DNA of 64,000 nucleotides from Patescibacteria group bacterium (GCA_041650775.1 JBAZKO010000002.1:27930-91929), one strand, 5' to 3'. Counted from the stretch's first letter, positions 27,112 to 37,308 are shown. Translations and numbers: made by a program. Notes: generated by a model not told the origin, from the letters alone.

Positions 27112-29646
27112 TTATCGCGCAAAAAACATCTCATCGTCATCATCAAGCGGTGTCCGCTTTGCCGCCGGCTTCTCTTTATTCGTCTTGATGCCACTGTCTT
27201 CTCTTATCTCTTCCAAAATTTCTTCTTCGCCATTAACCGTCTTATCCTCCTCGTCCGGAGTAAGCACCAACTCCGCTTCCGCTTGGCTTTCCTCATCTTC
27301 TTCGGAATTTTCTTCGGGTTCGCTTTCTACTTCTGCTTCGCCGCCCTTAAACACCAAACCGGAGTCAGTTTCTTCTTCTCCCAAGTAATTATCCGGCGCT
27401 GACGCTTCCGCCCGATTATGAACTGGCAAAGCGCTGACCGCTCCGCCCATAGCTTCGTATTGTTCCCGACTAAGCATCACTTCCCGCGGCTTGGCACCGT
27501 TAGACGGACCGATAATCCCGGCTTCTTCCAACATATCTAAAATCTTGGCGGCCCGGCCGTAGCCGATGGACAAGCGGCGTTGGAGCATCGAGGTTGAAGC
27601 TTTCCCCGCCTTAATAATAATATCTTTCGCTTCTTCAAATAATTCGTCTTCGTCGCCATGATTTCCGTCCAGACCGACGCCGGCATTGCCGCCAACTTTC
27701 TGGCGGTCCGTCACGCCTTCCAGATATTCCGCCGGGCCGCTCTTGTCTTTTATGTAATTAACGACATCATTGATTTCGCTGTCGCTCAAATAAGCGCCCT
27801 GGATTCTTTTCGGTTTGGAAAATTCCGCGGTCATCAGTAACATATCGCCTTGACCCAATAATTTTTCCGCGCCCGATGAATCTAAAATAGTTTTGGAATC
27901 GACGAGCGAGGCGACGGAAAAGGCGATACGCGTCGGAACATTAGCTTTGATCAGGCCGGTAATGACGTCAACGCTCGGCCGCTGGGTTGCCAAAATCAGA
28001 TGGATGCCGATAGCCCGCGACATCTGGGCTAAACGAATAATCGCCGCTTCCATATCCTTGCCGCTGGTCATCATAAAATCGGCCAGTTCGTCGATAATAA
28101 AAACGATATAAGGCATTTTTTCCTTACTGGCGGCGTTGTAAGACTGGATATTTCTTTTGCCGGCTTTGTTAAGCAAATCATAGCGTCGTTCCATTTCATT
28201 CAAGCACCACTTCAAAGCGTTAATGGTTTTATTAACATCGGTGATAACCGGCGTCAGTAAATGCGGGATGCCATTATAAGTCGGCAGTTCCACCCGTTTT
28301 GGATCGACCATAATGAAACGCAGATCATCGGGATTATTCTGATATAACAAACTGACAATAATCGCGTTTAGACAGACGGATTTGCCGGAATTAGTCGCAC
28401 CGGCCACCAGTAAATGCGGCATACGCGTCAAATCGTATAGCCAAGCCGCGCCGGCGACATCTTTGCCGAGGGCGACATAAAGATTATTTTTGCGACTCTT
28501 AAAAGAATCACTCTCCAAGATTTCCCGCAAACCGACAATCGCTTTGGCTTTATTCGGCACTTCCACGCCGACCAAAGATTGTCCGGGAATCGGCGCCTCG
28601 ATTCTGATCGGATGCGCCGCGAGCGCCAAGCTCAAATCATTATTTAAAGTCGTGATCCGCGATAATTTAACGCCTTCAGCCGGCCGGAAAGTATATTGAG
28701 TGACGGTCGGCCCGACTTTAGTTTCTCCCATTTCCACATCGATCCCGAATTTTTCCAAAGTTTTTTTAATTTTTTGGGAATTCAATTCCGTATCGCCGCC
28801 AATAGCCTTACTGAATTTATTGTTCAACAACTCCAACGGCATGTCGATCTTGATTGACCGTTTCGGCCAGACGATTTTCTCCTGAACTTTAGGATTGGCG
28901 TTCGCGGCGCGAGTTTTCGCGGCGCGAGGGCTAAGCAATTCTTCCTCCTCTTCTTCCGATGCTTCCGCGGTCGGCGGTACCTCTTTCTTCTGCCAGGCGC
29001 TTAAAATTTCTTCCCGAGCTCCCGTGACGAATTGGCGGCCCTTATTATCTTCTTCAGCCTCGCCGGAAAACAAATTTTTAAAAAACAAAGCGAAAGGCCT
29101 GAATATTTTAGCCAATAAACTTTCGCGGCCGATAATCCGCGCCAAAGAAGTATTAAAAACTAAAACCAGAGAAATCAACAGCAAGGCGACCAAAACTAAA
29201 ACGCCGCCCCAAAAACCGAAGAGATAATGAAATAATTGGCTTAAATATAAACCGATATAACCACCGCCTTGGCCAGCCGCAACGGCCGCGACCCAGCCTT
29301 CTTTCTTGAAGAAAAAATGAAAAAGAGTCTGATAAGAAACAAATAGTGAAAAAAATCCTAAATAATCCGTAAATTTTAAAGAATTTCTGGTCTGACGGAT
29401 TAAGATTAGCGCCCAATATAATAAAATCAATGGAACAAGCCATTTGCCATAACCAAAAATGAGCGTCAGCCATTTAGAAATAAAAGCGCCGAAATGGCCG
29501 GAAAGATTAAAAAGTCCGAGCAGACTGACCAGTCCCAAAACCAAAATAATGACGATAATAATACTGCGCTTGGCTCGTTCGTCTAAATTAAATTCCGGCC
29601 AAGAAACATAATCAAACGGGTTAGCATTTTTTTTTCTTCTGCTCAT
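27112..29646 (-). CDS. ftsK: DNA translocase FtsK/SpoIIIE with acidic C-terminal tail
   Basis: 844 aa. N-terminal TM helices, Walker A VAGATNSGKSV, Walker B FIIDELAD, and the gamma winged helix STSMLQRRLSIGYGRAAKILDMLEEAGIIG. About 119 extra, mostly acidic residues follow. Confidence 0.9.
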   Translation of the reverse strand: MSRRKKNANPFDYVSWPEFNLDERAKRSIIIVIILVLGLVSLLGLFNLSGHFGAFISKWLTLIFGYGKWLVPLILLYWALILIRQTRNSLKFTDYLGFFSLFVSYQTLFHFFFKKEGWVAAVAAGQGGGYIGLYLSQLFHYLFGFWGGVLVLVALLLISLVLVFNTSLARIIGRESLLAKIFRPFALFFKNLFSGEAEEDNKGRQFVTGAREEILSAWQKKEVPPTAEASEEEEEELLSPRAAKTRAANANPKVQEKIVWPKRSIKIDMPLELLNNKFSKAIGGDTELNSQKIKKTLEKFGIDVEMGETKVGPTVTQYTFRPAEGVKLSRITTLNNDLSLALAAHPIRIEAPIPGQSLVGVEVPNKAKAIVGLREILESDSFKSRKNNLYVALGKDVAGAAWLYDLTRMPHLLVAGATNSGKSVCLNAIIVSLLYQNNPDDLRFIMVDPKRVELPTYNGIPHLLTPVITDVNKTINALKWCLNEMERRYDLLNKAGKRNIQSYNAASKEKMPYIVFIIDELADFMMTSGKDMEAAIIRLAQMSRAIGIHLILATQRPSVDVITGLIKANVPTRIAFSVASLVDSKTILDSSGAEKLLGQGDMLLMTAEFSKPKRIQGAYLSDSEINDVVNYIKDKSGPAEYLEGVTDRQKVGGNAGVGLDGNHGDEDELFEEAKDIIIKAGKASTSMLQRRLSIGYGRAAKILDMLEEAGIIGPSNGAKPREVMLSREQYEAMGGAVSALPVHNRAEASAPDNYLGEEETDSGLVFKGGEAEVESEPEENSEEDEESQAEAELVLTPDEEDKTVNGEEEILEEIREDSGIKTNKEKPAAKRTPLDDDDEMFFAR

Positions 29647-29743
29647 ATTTTGCTGGCTAAAAACGATAATTAAAAGATAAATACATTATATCACATCAGA
29701 AAAATAAGCTGAAAGTCCGAAAAGCGAACCGGCGCCGTTAATT

Positions 29744-30796
29744 TTAATTAATCTCGATATCAATAAACACCGCTTGCGGCACTTCCGCCCGAATTTTCTT
29801 CTCCAATTCGTCTATTTTCTGACCAACGAGACGCGGTACCCGATCCATGTAATCTACGGAAAATCTCATAAAATTTTCATAACTTTCCTTTACTTCTTCA
29901 TACTCATTCTCAAAAAAACGATGTTTGGCCAACCCCTTGATTAAGGCGGAAGCGTTAAACTCCACGTCGCACTTGATCAAATATTTATCAACATCTAAAA
30001 CCGCCGATTTAAAATCAAGAACTTTTTCCACTGTCGGATCGGCGTTTAAGATGTCTTTGACTATTTCCTCAATGTCGGCCGGGATTGATTTGGTAATCAG
30101 ATAATCTCGATTTTTGGCAATCAACATAATGGCGGCGACGCCCAGCAACAAGCCGATGATAATCGAACCGGCGGCGTCCCAATAAGTATTACCAGTCAGA
30201 TAAGACAAAATGATGCTGAAAAAAGCGATAAAAACGCCCAAAACCGCCAAACCGTCTTCATAAACGACCGCTAAAGTGGTCGGATCCGCTTCCGCTAAGA
30301 CTTTTTTTAATTTCGCGTTGGGGAAATGTTTTTTCAAGTCTTTAACCGCCAACCACCAAGTGAAAGACTCGATAAGCAAAGCGGCAGCCAGAATATATAG
30401 ATTTAAAGGACTAAAATGAATTTCCTGATGCTCCAATAAAGAGATCAAGCCGTGATAGATCGTAATGCCACAGCCGATGAAAAAAATACCGCAGGCGGAA
30501 ATCAAGGCGAAGATAAATCTCTCTTTGCCATGGCCGTAGGGATAGAGCCGATCCGGTTTTTTGATTGACTGGCGGACGCCGATAGCCAAAAGCGACTGAT
30601 TGGCGGTATCAGCCAAACTGTGAATCGCTTCGGAAAACATCGCCCCGGAGCCGGAGATGAGAAATCCGAAAAATTTGGCGGCACAAATGACGGCATTGCC
30701 GATCAGAGCGGCCAAAACCGGAAAAAAACCGGAAATTTTTGCGGGTCGGATATTTTGATTTTGGCTATATGGATCTAATTTGCCGGGATTAAGCAT
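29744..30796 (-). CDS. cation diffusion facilitator (CDF) family metal transporter
   Basis: 350 aa and 6 TM helices. HSLADTANQ in TM2 and the YPYGHGKERF loop are typical of the cation-efflux family. A cytoplasmic C-terminal domain is present. Confidence 0.8.
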   Translation of the reverse strand: MLNPGKLDPYSQNQNIRPAKISGFFPVLAALIGNAVICAAKFFGFLISGSGAMFSEAIHSLADTANQSLLAIGVRQSIKKPDRLYPYGHGKERFIFALISACGIFFIGCGITIYHGLISLLEHQEIHFSPLNLYILAAALLIESFTWWLAVKDLKKHFPNAKLKKVLAEADPTTLAVVYEDGLAVLGVFIAFFSIILSYLTGNTYWDAAGSIIIGLLLGVAAIMLIAKNRDYLITKSIPADIEEIVKDILNADPTVEKVLDFKSAVLDVDKYLIKCDVEFNASALIKGLAKHRFFENEYEEVKESYENFMRFSVDYMDRVPRLVGQKIDELEKKIRAEVPQAVFIDIEIN

Positions 30797-30826
30797 ATCT
30801 TAAGGGTTAGAAAATAAATAATTTGG

Positions 30827-31849
30827 TTATAATTTTAAATTTTCTTTGACTCTATTTAAAAGCTCTTCCGCTCGCTTCTCGTTATGGCCGAATTTCAAAA
30901 ACCAAAAAGTCGCGGTTCTGATCGCCGTCCAATTGTAATATAGGTCGATTCGCGCTTGTAAATCCGGAGTCAATTCCCGGCCGGAAACTTTCAAATATGC
31001 CGATAAAAATAATTCTTTCAATTTATCGGCATAAACCTGATCGCCGATCTTAATAATCACCTTATATTCCAACTGCTGTAAAAAAGAACCCAAATCTCGG
31101 GCGAAATCGCCTAAGCACAGATCCGTGAAATCAATCAGGCCGACGCGCCCGGGCGCCGTTTTAATAATGTTCTCCGGATGAGCATCGCCGTGAATCAGGA
31201 AGCGGCGGTCGGTCGCGCGGAAAAATTTTTCTTCCGCCGCGATCAGCCGATCATAAATCTTAACCAGATCGACGTTATATTTATTATCATAACGCGCGCC
31301 CATTTCCCGAAAAATCGCGGCCGTGCCGGGAATGACGGTTTCGATCCGCGAGCTTAAAGGATTAAAATCGGCCGCGGGCGTCGGCGGCAAGGAGTGCAGA
31401 CGGGCGAACAGGCCGGCGGCGGCCACGACGATCTCTTCCACCGTCGCCAAATCTTTATTCTTGATATAATACAATAAATTTTCGCCCTTCAGACCGCGAT
31501 AAAAAGTACCGCGAAAATAAGCGGAATAAAATAAAGGGTCGGGGAGATCGATGGTTGGAGTGGGGAATTTCTCCGCCCATAGATATTTGAGAGCTCGGTA
31601 AATATTTTCCCGGGGCTCGTCGCTATGCGCCGAACAGACAATCGGAATCTTCACTTCCTCCCCGTCAGCTTTAAGAAAATAAGTGTTAAAGCTGATAACG
31701 ACATGATAAGTCGTTTCCCAAATTAATTCTTTATAAGGCTTTATCTCCACGCGGCTAAGCGCGACAAAAGCCGGATAATGCGGCAGAACCTTCTCCCGGA
31801 ATAAATCCAAAACTAATTTTTCATCGAATAGCTGTAAAATTTTGTTCAT
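30827..31849 (-). CDS. APH/choline-kinase-fold phosphotransferase (substrate unknown; maltokinase-like role is only a hypothesis)
   Basis: Brenner motif LIHGDAHPENI and the metal-binding GLIDFTD. I chose the ATG at 31849 (M14 of the listed ORF) because it forms an ATGA overlap with the TGA stop of the upstream GH57 gene. Confidence 0.65.
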   Translation of the reverse strand: MNKILQLFDEKLVLDLFREKVLPHYPAFVALSRVEIKPYKELIWETTYHVVISFNTYFLKADGEEVKIPIVCSAHSDEPRENIYRALKYLWAEKFPTPTIDLPDPLFYSAYFRGTFYRGLKGENLLYYIKNKDLATVEEIVVAAAGLFARLHSLPPTPAADFNPLSSRIETVIPGTAAIFREMGARYDNKYNVDLVKIYDRLIAAEEKFFRATDRRFLIHGDAHPENIIKTAPGRVGLIDFTDLCLGDFARDLGSFLQQLEYKVIIKIGDQVYADKLKELFLSAYLKVSGRELTPDLQARIDLYYNWTAIRTATFWFLKFGHNEKRAEELLNRVKENLKL

Positions 31850-33054
31850 ACGGTTTTTCGCCAGTGTTTTTTCCAATGTTCTTCCCAAATTAACTTTTTA
31901 ATCTTCAAGTAGTATTTTTCCGCTTCCAGTTTTAATTTCTTGGTTTTTGGATCAAACAGAGAGCGGATGGAACGAACCAAATCTTCCAAACCGCGCTCAA
32001 TATCGTCCGGACTCCAGGCATAGGGTCCGAAAATCTTGGAAAAATCCCGGGCGCTGGCCCACCAAAAAGTACAGCTGGCCAAGCCGCGCACCAGATGCCA
32101 GCGATACCAATAGATATTCTTGTCACTTTTGAACTTTTCACCGGCGGCTAAAGATAAAGCGGCCAGTTTCCAAAGATTAACCTGAATTTTACTCTTCTTG
32201 TTCTGCCATAAATCAAAGGGCCGATCGTTTTTTACTTCCCCGGGGCTTGATTCCCAGGAAGAAGAAAACAAATTTATTTTTTCCGGTTTCTTTTTGCCTA
32301 AAAATTTAAGCCAGCGCGATAAAGTCATGGTCCGCAGTTCTTTAACCTTCACGATTTTTTCCAGTTCCGCCGTCGGATCTTCATGACGCAGGCCGTAAAG
32401 TTCGGCATCGGTGGCGGTTAAAAAAATTTCTTCTTTTTTTAGGGGCGACGTCCCGGAAGCGTTCGTTTTCCGAAAAATCGGCCAAAGTTTATCCGGCGGA
32501 TAGGCGTTTGAAAATTCTCGGTCCCGAAAAATCACGTTTAAACCGCTAGCCGCATCTAAATAAAGCCGAGTTTGATCAGGACGATGTCCGGCCAGACCGC
32601 CGCTGAAAGCAATTTCATCCGCAATCACCCAGGAATATCCCAAGCGCTTGATTATTCTCATAATCGCCGGAGTGTAAGCCATTTCCGGAGAAAAAAAACC
32701 GGCCGGTTTGAAATTCTTGCCAAAATATTTTTTTAAAATTTTCTCGTTGGTTCTTACCTGACGAATAACTTCTTTTTCCGGCAAAAGCGGCAAAAAACCG
32801 TGATAAGCGGCGGAACCGGTAAGCTCCACTCTCCCTTTTTTGACTAAAAATTTCAAACGATCGATAAAAGCCGTTTCTTTTTCTTCCGCCAGCCGCTCCA
32901 GCAGACAGCCGCTAATATTCAAGGTAAAACTTAAATTTGGCCGTTCCTCCAAAAGCCTGATCAAGCGCCAATAACTTTTGTCCAGCGCCTTGCGGATATT
33001 ATAAAAATCAACATTGGCCGGCTGATAAAGATGTAAAAAATTTAACCACAGCAT
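31846..33054 (-). CDS. glycoside hydrolase family 57-like protein
   Basis: 402 aa. The N-terminus LNFLHLYQPAN resembles the GH57 region-I H.HQP motif. It sits 3 nt downstream of glgA. Confidence 0.65.
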   Translation of the reverse strand: MLWLNFLHLYQPANVDFYNIRKALDKSYWRLIRLLEERPNLSFTLNISGCLLERLAEEKETAFIDRLKFLVKKGRVELTGSAAYHGFLPLLPEKEVIRQVRTNEKILKKYFGKNFKPAGFFSPEMAYTPAIMRIIKRLGYSWVIADEIAFSGGLAGHRPDQTRLYLDAASGLNVIFRDREFSNAYPPDKLWPIFRKTNASGTSPLKKEEIFLTATDAELYGLRHEDPTAELEKIVKVKELRTMTLSRWLKFLGKKKPEKINLFSSSWESSPGEVKNDRPFDLWQNKKSKIQVNLWKLAALSLAAGEKFKSDKNIYWYRWHLVRGLASCTFWWASARDFSKIFGPYAWSPDDIERGLEDLVRSIRSLFDPKTKKLKLEAEKYYLKIKKLIWEEHWKKHWRKTV

Positions 33055-33057
33055 AAA

Positions 33058-34539
33058 TTAATTTTTTAATCTTGAATCTTTAATTATTTTTTTATATAGC
33101 TCGACATATTTTTTCGCCGGGATTTCCCAACTGCTGGATTGTTTCATCGCCCGCTTGACCAGGTCGTTCCAAACATTCTTATGCTTATAATTCTCAAGCG
33201 CGCGGATAATCGCGGCGTAAAACATACTTTCATCTTCTTCTTTGAAAGTAAAGCCCGTTCCCCGTCCGGTTGTCGGCTCAAAATTTTCCACGGTATCATA
33301 CAAACCGCCGATTTCTCGGACAATCGGAATACAGCCGTAGCGCATGGCAATCAGCTGATTGATGCCGCAGGGTTCATGGACGGAAGGCAGGAGAAAAAAA
33401 TCTGCGCCGGCGTAAACGCTGGTTTCATATTTTTGATTAGCGGAGTGGGACGGAATAACGATAATCTTCGCCGGATACCGCTTGGCGATTTTTTGCAATT
33501 CTTTAATGTACTGTTTTTCCCCCGTGCCAATAATAATAAACTGCGCGGCTAATTTAACCAGCTGCGGAAAAAGCCGGATAATGAATTCAAACCCTTTTTG
33601 AAAAGTCACCCGGGAGGTAGTACAGAGAATCGGAATGGCGGCATCGACCGGCAAATTAAATTCTTTCTGCAACCAAATTTTATTGTCGGCTTTCGCCGCC
33701 GGATTAACCGCCGAATAACATTTGAACAAGCCCCGATCTCTCTGCGGATTATAGGCGTTATAATCAATTCCGTTGATAATGCCAAAAAGACGACTGGCGC
33801 GATTTTTTAAAATCCGATGCAAATCCTGACCAAATTTCTTGGTCATAATCTCTTCCCGATACTGTTCGCTGACGGTATTGACGGCATCGGCCGAGAGAAT
33901 CGCCCGTTTGGCGAAATTAATATTTTCCAGTTGCGGATCGGCCAAATGCGGCAGGCGCGTCCGTCCGTAGTCTTTATTCGCCGGCAAAATCTCCCACCAA
34001 TTATGGCCGAGCTGAAAAACCAAATTATGGATGGTAAAAATCGTCCGGGATTGTTTTAACGTTTTCGAATAACGAAAATCGGTTTTCAAATAATAAGGGA
34101 TCAGCCCCGTCTGCCAATCATGGCAATGGATAATATCCGCCGAAAACTTTAGCAGGGATAAGAGTTTGAGCGCCGCCACGTTAAAAACTAAAAAACGGGC
34201 GTTTTCTCGCGTCGAACCGTAAAGTTTTTTATGTTTGGAAAAAAACTGTTTACATTCTACGAAATAAACCGGCAAACCGGCCATCAGATACCCGCGCCAA
34301 TAATTGACCCGGATTTTTTCCTGACTATTGAGACGCAAATTAATATTCTCGAAAATCAATTTTAATTTATATTCTTTCTTATCGATTATCTGCCCGTAAA
34401 GCACGGTAATAATAATTACCTCTTGCCCCAGTCTTTTCAAAGCTTTGGGCAGACTGCGAACGACATCACCTAGTCCGCCGGTCTTGGAAAACGGCGCGAC
34501 TTCGGAAGAAATATGGACAATTTTTAATTTCTTGGACAT
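33058..34539 (-). CDS. glgA: glycogen (starch) synthase, GT5
   Basis: KIVHISSEVAPFSKTGGLGDV (KTGGL motif) and the C-terminal GT-B blocks PS..EPCG..Q. The start is probably the ATG at 34539 (MSKKLKIV...). The listed ORF begins at a TTG at 34560. Confidence 0.9.
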   Translation of the reverse strand: MSKKLKIVHISSEVAPFSKTGGLGDVVRSLPKALKRLGQEVIIITVLYGQIIDKKEYKLKLIFENINLRLNSQEKIRVNYWRGYLMAGLPVYFVECKQFFSKHKKLYGSTRENARFLVFNVAALKLLSLLKFSADIIHCHDWQTGLIPYYLKTDFRYSKTLKQSRTIFTIHNLVFQLGHNWWEILPANKDYGRTRLPHLADPQLENINFAKRAILSADAVNTVSEQYREEIMTKKFGQDLHRILKNRASRLFGIINGIDYNAYNPQRDRGLFKCYSAVNPAAKADNKIWLQKEFNLPVDAAIPILCTTSRVTFQKGFEFIIRLFPQLVKLAAQFIIIGTGEKQYIKELQKIAKRYPAKIIVIPSHSANQKYETSVYAGADFFLLPSVHEPCGINQLIAMRYGCIPIVREIGGLYDTVENFEPTTGRGTGFTFKEEDESMFYAAIIRALENYKHKNVWNDLVKRAMKQSSSWEIPAKKYVELYKKIIKDSRLKN

Positions 34540-35012
34540 AAACGCGAGTTTAGAGAGCAAATAGCAATCGCCAAAGCATCGGCGGCGTCGTCGGGACGAG
34601 GCAATTCTTTTAAATTAAGAATCAGTTTTACCATTTTTTGAACCTGTAATTTAGAAGCCTGCCCGTAGGCGGAAACCGCGCATTTTACCTGCGCCGGGGT
34701 AAATTCGAAGACCGGCAGTTTGTTTTGTTTAAGCGTCAAGAGCGCCACCCCGCGCGCCTGGCCGACGATCAAAGCGGTTCGGACGTTCTTATTGAAAAAT
34801 AATTGTTCGACCGCGGCCAGATCGGGCCGATATTTTTTTATTATCCTGTCCAATTCTTTATGTAACGTTTCCAAGCGGGTAATCAAATCCAGACCGGCTT
34901 TAGTTTTAACCGATCCATAAGCTAGGCAGGTTAATTTCGCGCCCTCTTCCTTGATAACACCGTAGCCAGTATCGGCGATGCCCGGATCGATGCCTAAAAT
35001 AATTTTGATCAT
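34524..35012 (-). CDS. ruvC: crossover junction endodeoxyribonuclease RuvC
   Basis: 162 aa. ILGIDPGIADTGYGVI (catalytic Asp), AVEQLFF (Glu) and DDAADALAIA (Asp pair). Confidence 0.9.
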   Translation of the reverse strand: MIKIILGIDPGIADTGYGVIKEEGAKLTCLAYGSVKTKAGLDLITRLETLHKELDRIIKKYRPDLAAVEQLFFNKNVRTALIVGQARGVALLTLKQNKLPVFEFTPAQVKCAVSAYGQASKLQVQKMVKLILNLKELPRPDDAADALAIAICSLNSRLCPRN

Positions 35013-35026
35013 AGATAAGAGCCGGC

Positions 35027-35746
35027 TTACGCTAAGTTAGTATAATAATCGCTGACATCTTCATTATCGTCTAACTCCTCAAAAAATTTCTCCATTTTTT
35101 CTTTTTCCGACTCCGGCAGTTCCATTTTTTCCTTAGCCACATATTCAATTTCGCCCGCTTCAATTTTTAAGCCTTTTTCCTCCAAAAAATCGCGAATTTT
35201 CTGCAAATCCTTAACTGCGGTATAAACGGTGATACCCTCCGCTTCTTTTTTAAAATCACTGGCACCCTGGTCTATCAGTTCCAATTCCAATTCCTCGTTA
35301 TTCATCTTTTTTTCTTTAATTTCGGCACCGGCTATTCTAATCACGCCCCATAAAGAAAAATTCCAGCTGACCGCGCTAAACGCGCCGCCGTTCTTGGTAA
35401 AAAGATGACGAATCGTCGAACCGCTTCGGTTCCGATTGTCGGTTAAGCATTTAACCATAATCTGGACTCCCGGCGGAACGATTCCTTCATAGAATAATTC
35501 TTCCACTTGTTCGCCGCCCAATTCACCGGTGCCTTTTTTAATCGCCCGGTCGATATTGTCTTTAGGCATGTTAACTTCCCGCGCTTTATCAATCGCGCTT
35601 CTTAAAGAAGGATTAGCGGCCGGATCGCCCCCTTTACGAGCCGCGATTGTGATGATGTTGGCGAATTTCGTAAAAATCGCGCCCCGCTTGGCGTCCACTA
35701 ATTCCTTCTGACGATGCGTTGTCGCCCATTTAGAGTGTCCGGACAT
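35027..35746 (-). CDS. yebC: YebC/PmpR family DNA-binding transcriptional regulator
   Basis: MSGHSKWATTHRQKELVDAKRG... is the invariant YebC N-terminus. I moved the start to the ATG at 35746; the listed ORF adds 15 hydrophobic codons. Confidence 0.9.
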   Translation of the reverse strand: MSGHSKWATTHRQKELVDAKRGAIFTKFANIITIAARKGGDPAANPSLRSAIDKAREVNMPKDNIDRAIKKGTGELGGEQVEELFYEGIVPPGVQIMVKCLTDNRNRSGSTIRHLFTKNGGAFSAVSWNFSLWGVIRIAGAEIKEKKMNNEELELELIDQGASDFKKEAEGITVYTAVKDLQKIRDFLEEKGLKIEAGEIEYVAKEKMELPESEKEKMEKFFEELDDNEDVSDYYTNLA

Positions 35747-35837
35747 AAAAGATAAAGATTGAAAAATTAAAATTAAAGGATAATAAAACAAAAACCCTTA
35801 AAAATTGCCGATTTGGCTACTTAGACTTTAGCCTAAA

Positions 35838-35866
35838 TTGAAATAAAAATCAATATCGGTTATAAT
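35838..35866 (+). promoter_or_regulatory. near-consensus sigma70 promoter (TTGAAA-17 nt-TATAAT)
   Basis: TTGAAA at 35838-35843 and TATAAT at 35861-35866, about 40 nt upstream of the ATG at 35907. Confidence 0.6.
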
Positions 35867-35906
35867 GAAAATATCCAATAAAATAAGGGAAAATGTTTAA
35901 GACTTT

Positions 35907-36836
35907 ATGCCCAATTTAAAACTTGATTGCCTCAATAAAACCGTACTGAAAGCCTTGGATTTCTTCATCGCTAACCCCCCGACAAAGCTGGATTTGAGCC
36001 GTTTTAAATTTCCCCTCGTCATCGGCAGTGTCAACGGTTACAATACCGCGAAAATCATCTTCGCCAATCAGGCCGCTTTTTTCGCCAACGAAAGTAATGT
36101 CAAAAAAATAATTAAAGAAGAAATACCGATAATCTTGGAAAAAAGGATGGCTAATGAGGTTATCGTTATTTCCGCCTCCGGCGAGAAAGATTCGGTCTGG
36201 GAACTAAAATTGGCAAAAAAATACGGACTAAAAGCTATTCTCTTCACTTGTTCGCCGGATTCCAGCGCCGCCAAGATCGCCGATGAAGTCTTCGTTTTTT
36301 ATAAACTGCCCGAACCTTATACCTATAATACCTCGACTTATCTGGGGATGATTTTAAGCGCTTTCGGCGAGAGTCCGGCTTTAATCCGAACTTTTCTCTC
36401 TCAAATAAATTCTAAAATTCCTAAAAATTTCCTACGCTATCAAAGTTATGCCTTTATTCTGCCGGATGAATTTTCCGCCGTCGCGCCAATGATCCGCACC
36501 AAACAGGACGAACTTTTCGGTCCGAAACTATCCATCCGCGCTTTCTCTTACGGCGAAGCGCGCCACGCCAAGTTCGTCGTTCGCGACCCGAAAGAATTGG
36601 TCGTCAGTCTGGGAGAAAATAAATATTTCGGTTGTCCGGAAAGCCGCTGGAAAATAAGCCTGCCGCCGACCGCCAATGCCGGGCTAATTATGTCTTTGAC
36701 TTATTATCTAATCGGCTTAATCCAGGACGGGCGGCCGGATTATTTCAAAAAAAATATCGCTAATTACTGTCTGGACTACGGTTATAAAGCTTACGGTCGC
36801 GAAAAACCTTTTGACATTATCGTGCCGGGAAATTAA
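35907..36836 (+). CDS. hypothetical protein, possibly SIS (sugar isomerase/phosphosugar-binding) fold
   Basis: 309 aa. VIVISASGEKDSVWELKLAKKYGLKAILFTCSPDSSAAKIADEV resembles the SIS pattern (S.SG.t.e......ak..g...i..T......la..ad). This is a weak, by-eye call. Confidence 0.4.
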   Translation: MPNLKLDCLNKTVLKALDFFIANPPTKLDLSRFKFPLVIGSVNGYNTAKIIFANQAAFFANESNVKKIIKEEIPIILEKRMANEVIVISASGEKDSVWELKLAKKYGLKAILFTCSPDSSAAKIADEVFVFYKLPEPYTYNTSTYLGMILSAFGESPALIRTFLSQINSKIPKNFLRYQSYAFILPDEFSAVAPMIRTKQDELFGPKLSIRAFSYGEARHAKFVVRDPKELVVSLGENKYFGCPESRWKISLPPTANAGLIMSLTYYLIGLIQDGRPDYFKKNIANYCLDYGYKAYGREKPFDIIVPGN

Positions 36837-36915
36837 TCTATTAATATAACAAGGGCGGCGGATTTTAAAAAACCGGCCGGTCTTAACAAAATTTAATAAT
36901 TTAAATTTTAAAAAC

Positions 36916-37308
36916 ATGAAAATCTTAATTATCGACAACGACATTAATACCGTTACCACGCTTAAAGCTCTGATTTTAAGCCGGGAGGCATTCGATATCG
37001 ATGTCGCCTACGGCGGAAAAGAGGGCTTGGAAAAAATGACCGCTAATCCAAATTATAACCTCCTGATTTTAGACATTATGATGCCGGGAGTAAGCGGCAT
37101 GGATGTCTGTCGGGCTATGAGCAAAGACGAGAAGATGAAAAACATCCCTGTTCTGTTAGTTTCCGCTCTCCCTATCGCTTCCAAAGAACTGCGGGAATTA
37201 TTGGATCAATTTAACGAAACGCATGTCGTCGGCGGCGTTCTGGAAAAACCGTTTGAAATTGAGAATCTACTGGGAGAAGTCCATCGCTTAGCCAAAGTCT
37301 CTTCTTAA
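36916..37308 (+). CDS. stand-alone response regulator receiver (CheY-like, no output domain)
   Basis: 130 aa. Acidic pocket IIDND, phospho-acceptor LLILDIMMPG, LVSAL, and a conserved Lys in LEKP. Confidence 0.85.
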   Translation: MKILIIDNDINTVTTLKALILSREAFDIDVAYGGKEGLEKMTANPNYNLLILDIMMPGVSGMDVCRAMSKDEKMKNIPVLLVSALPIASKELRELLDQFNETHVVGGVLEKPFEIENLLGEVHRLAKVSS

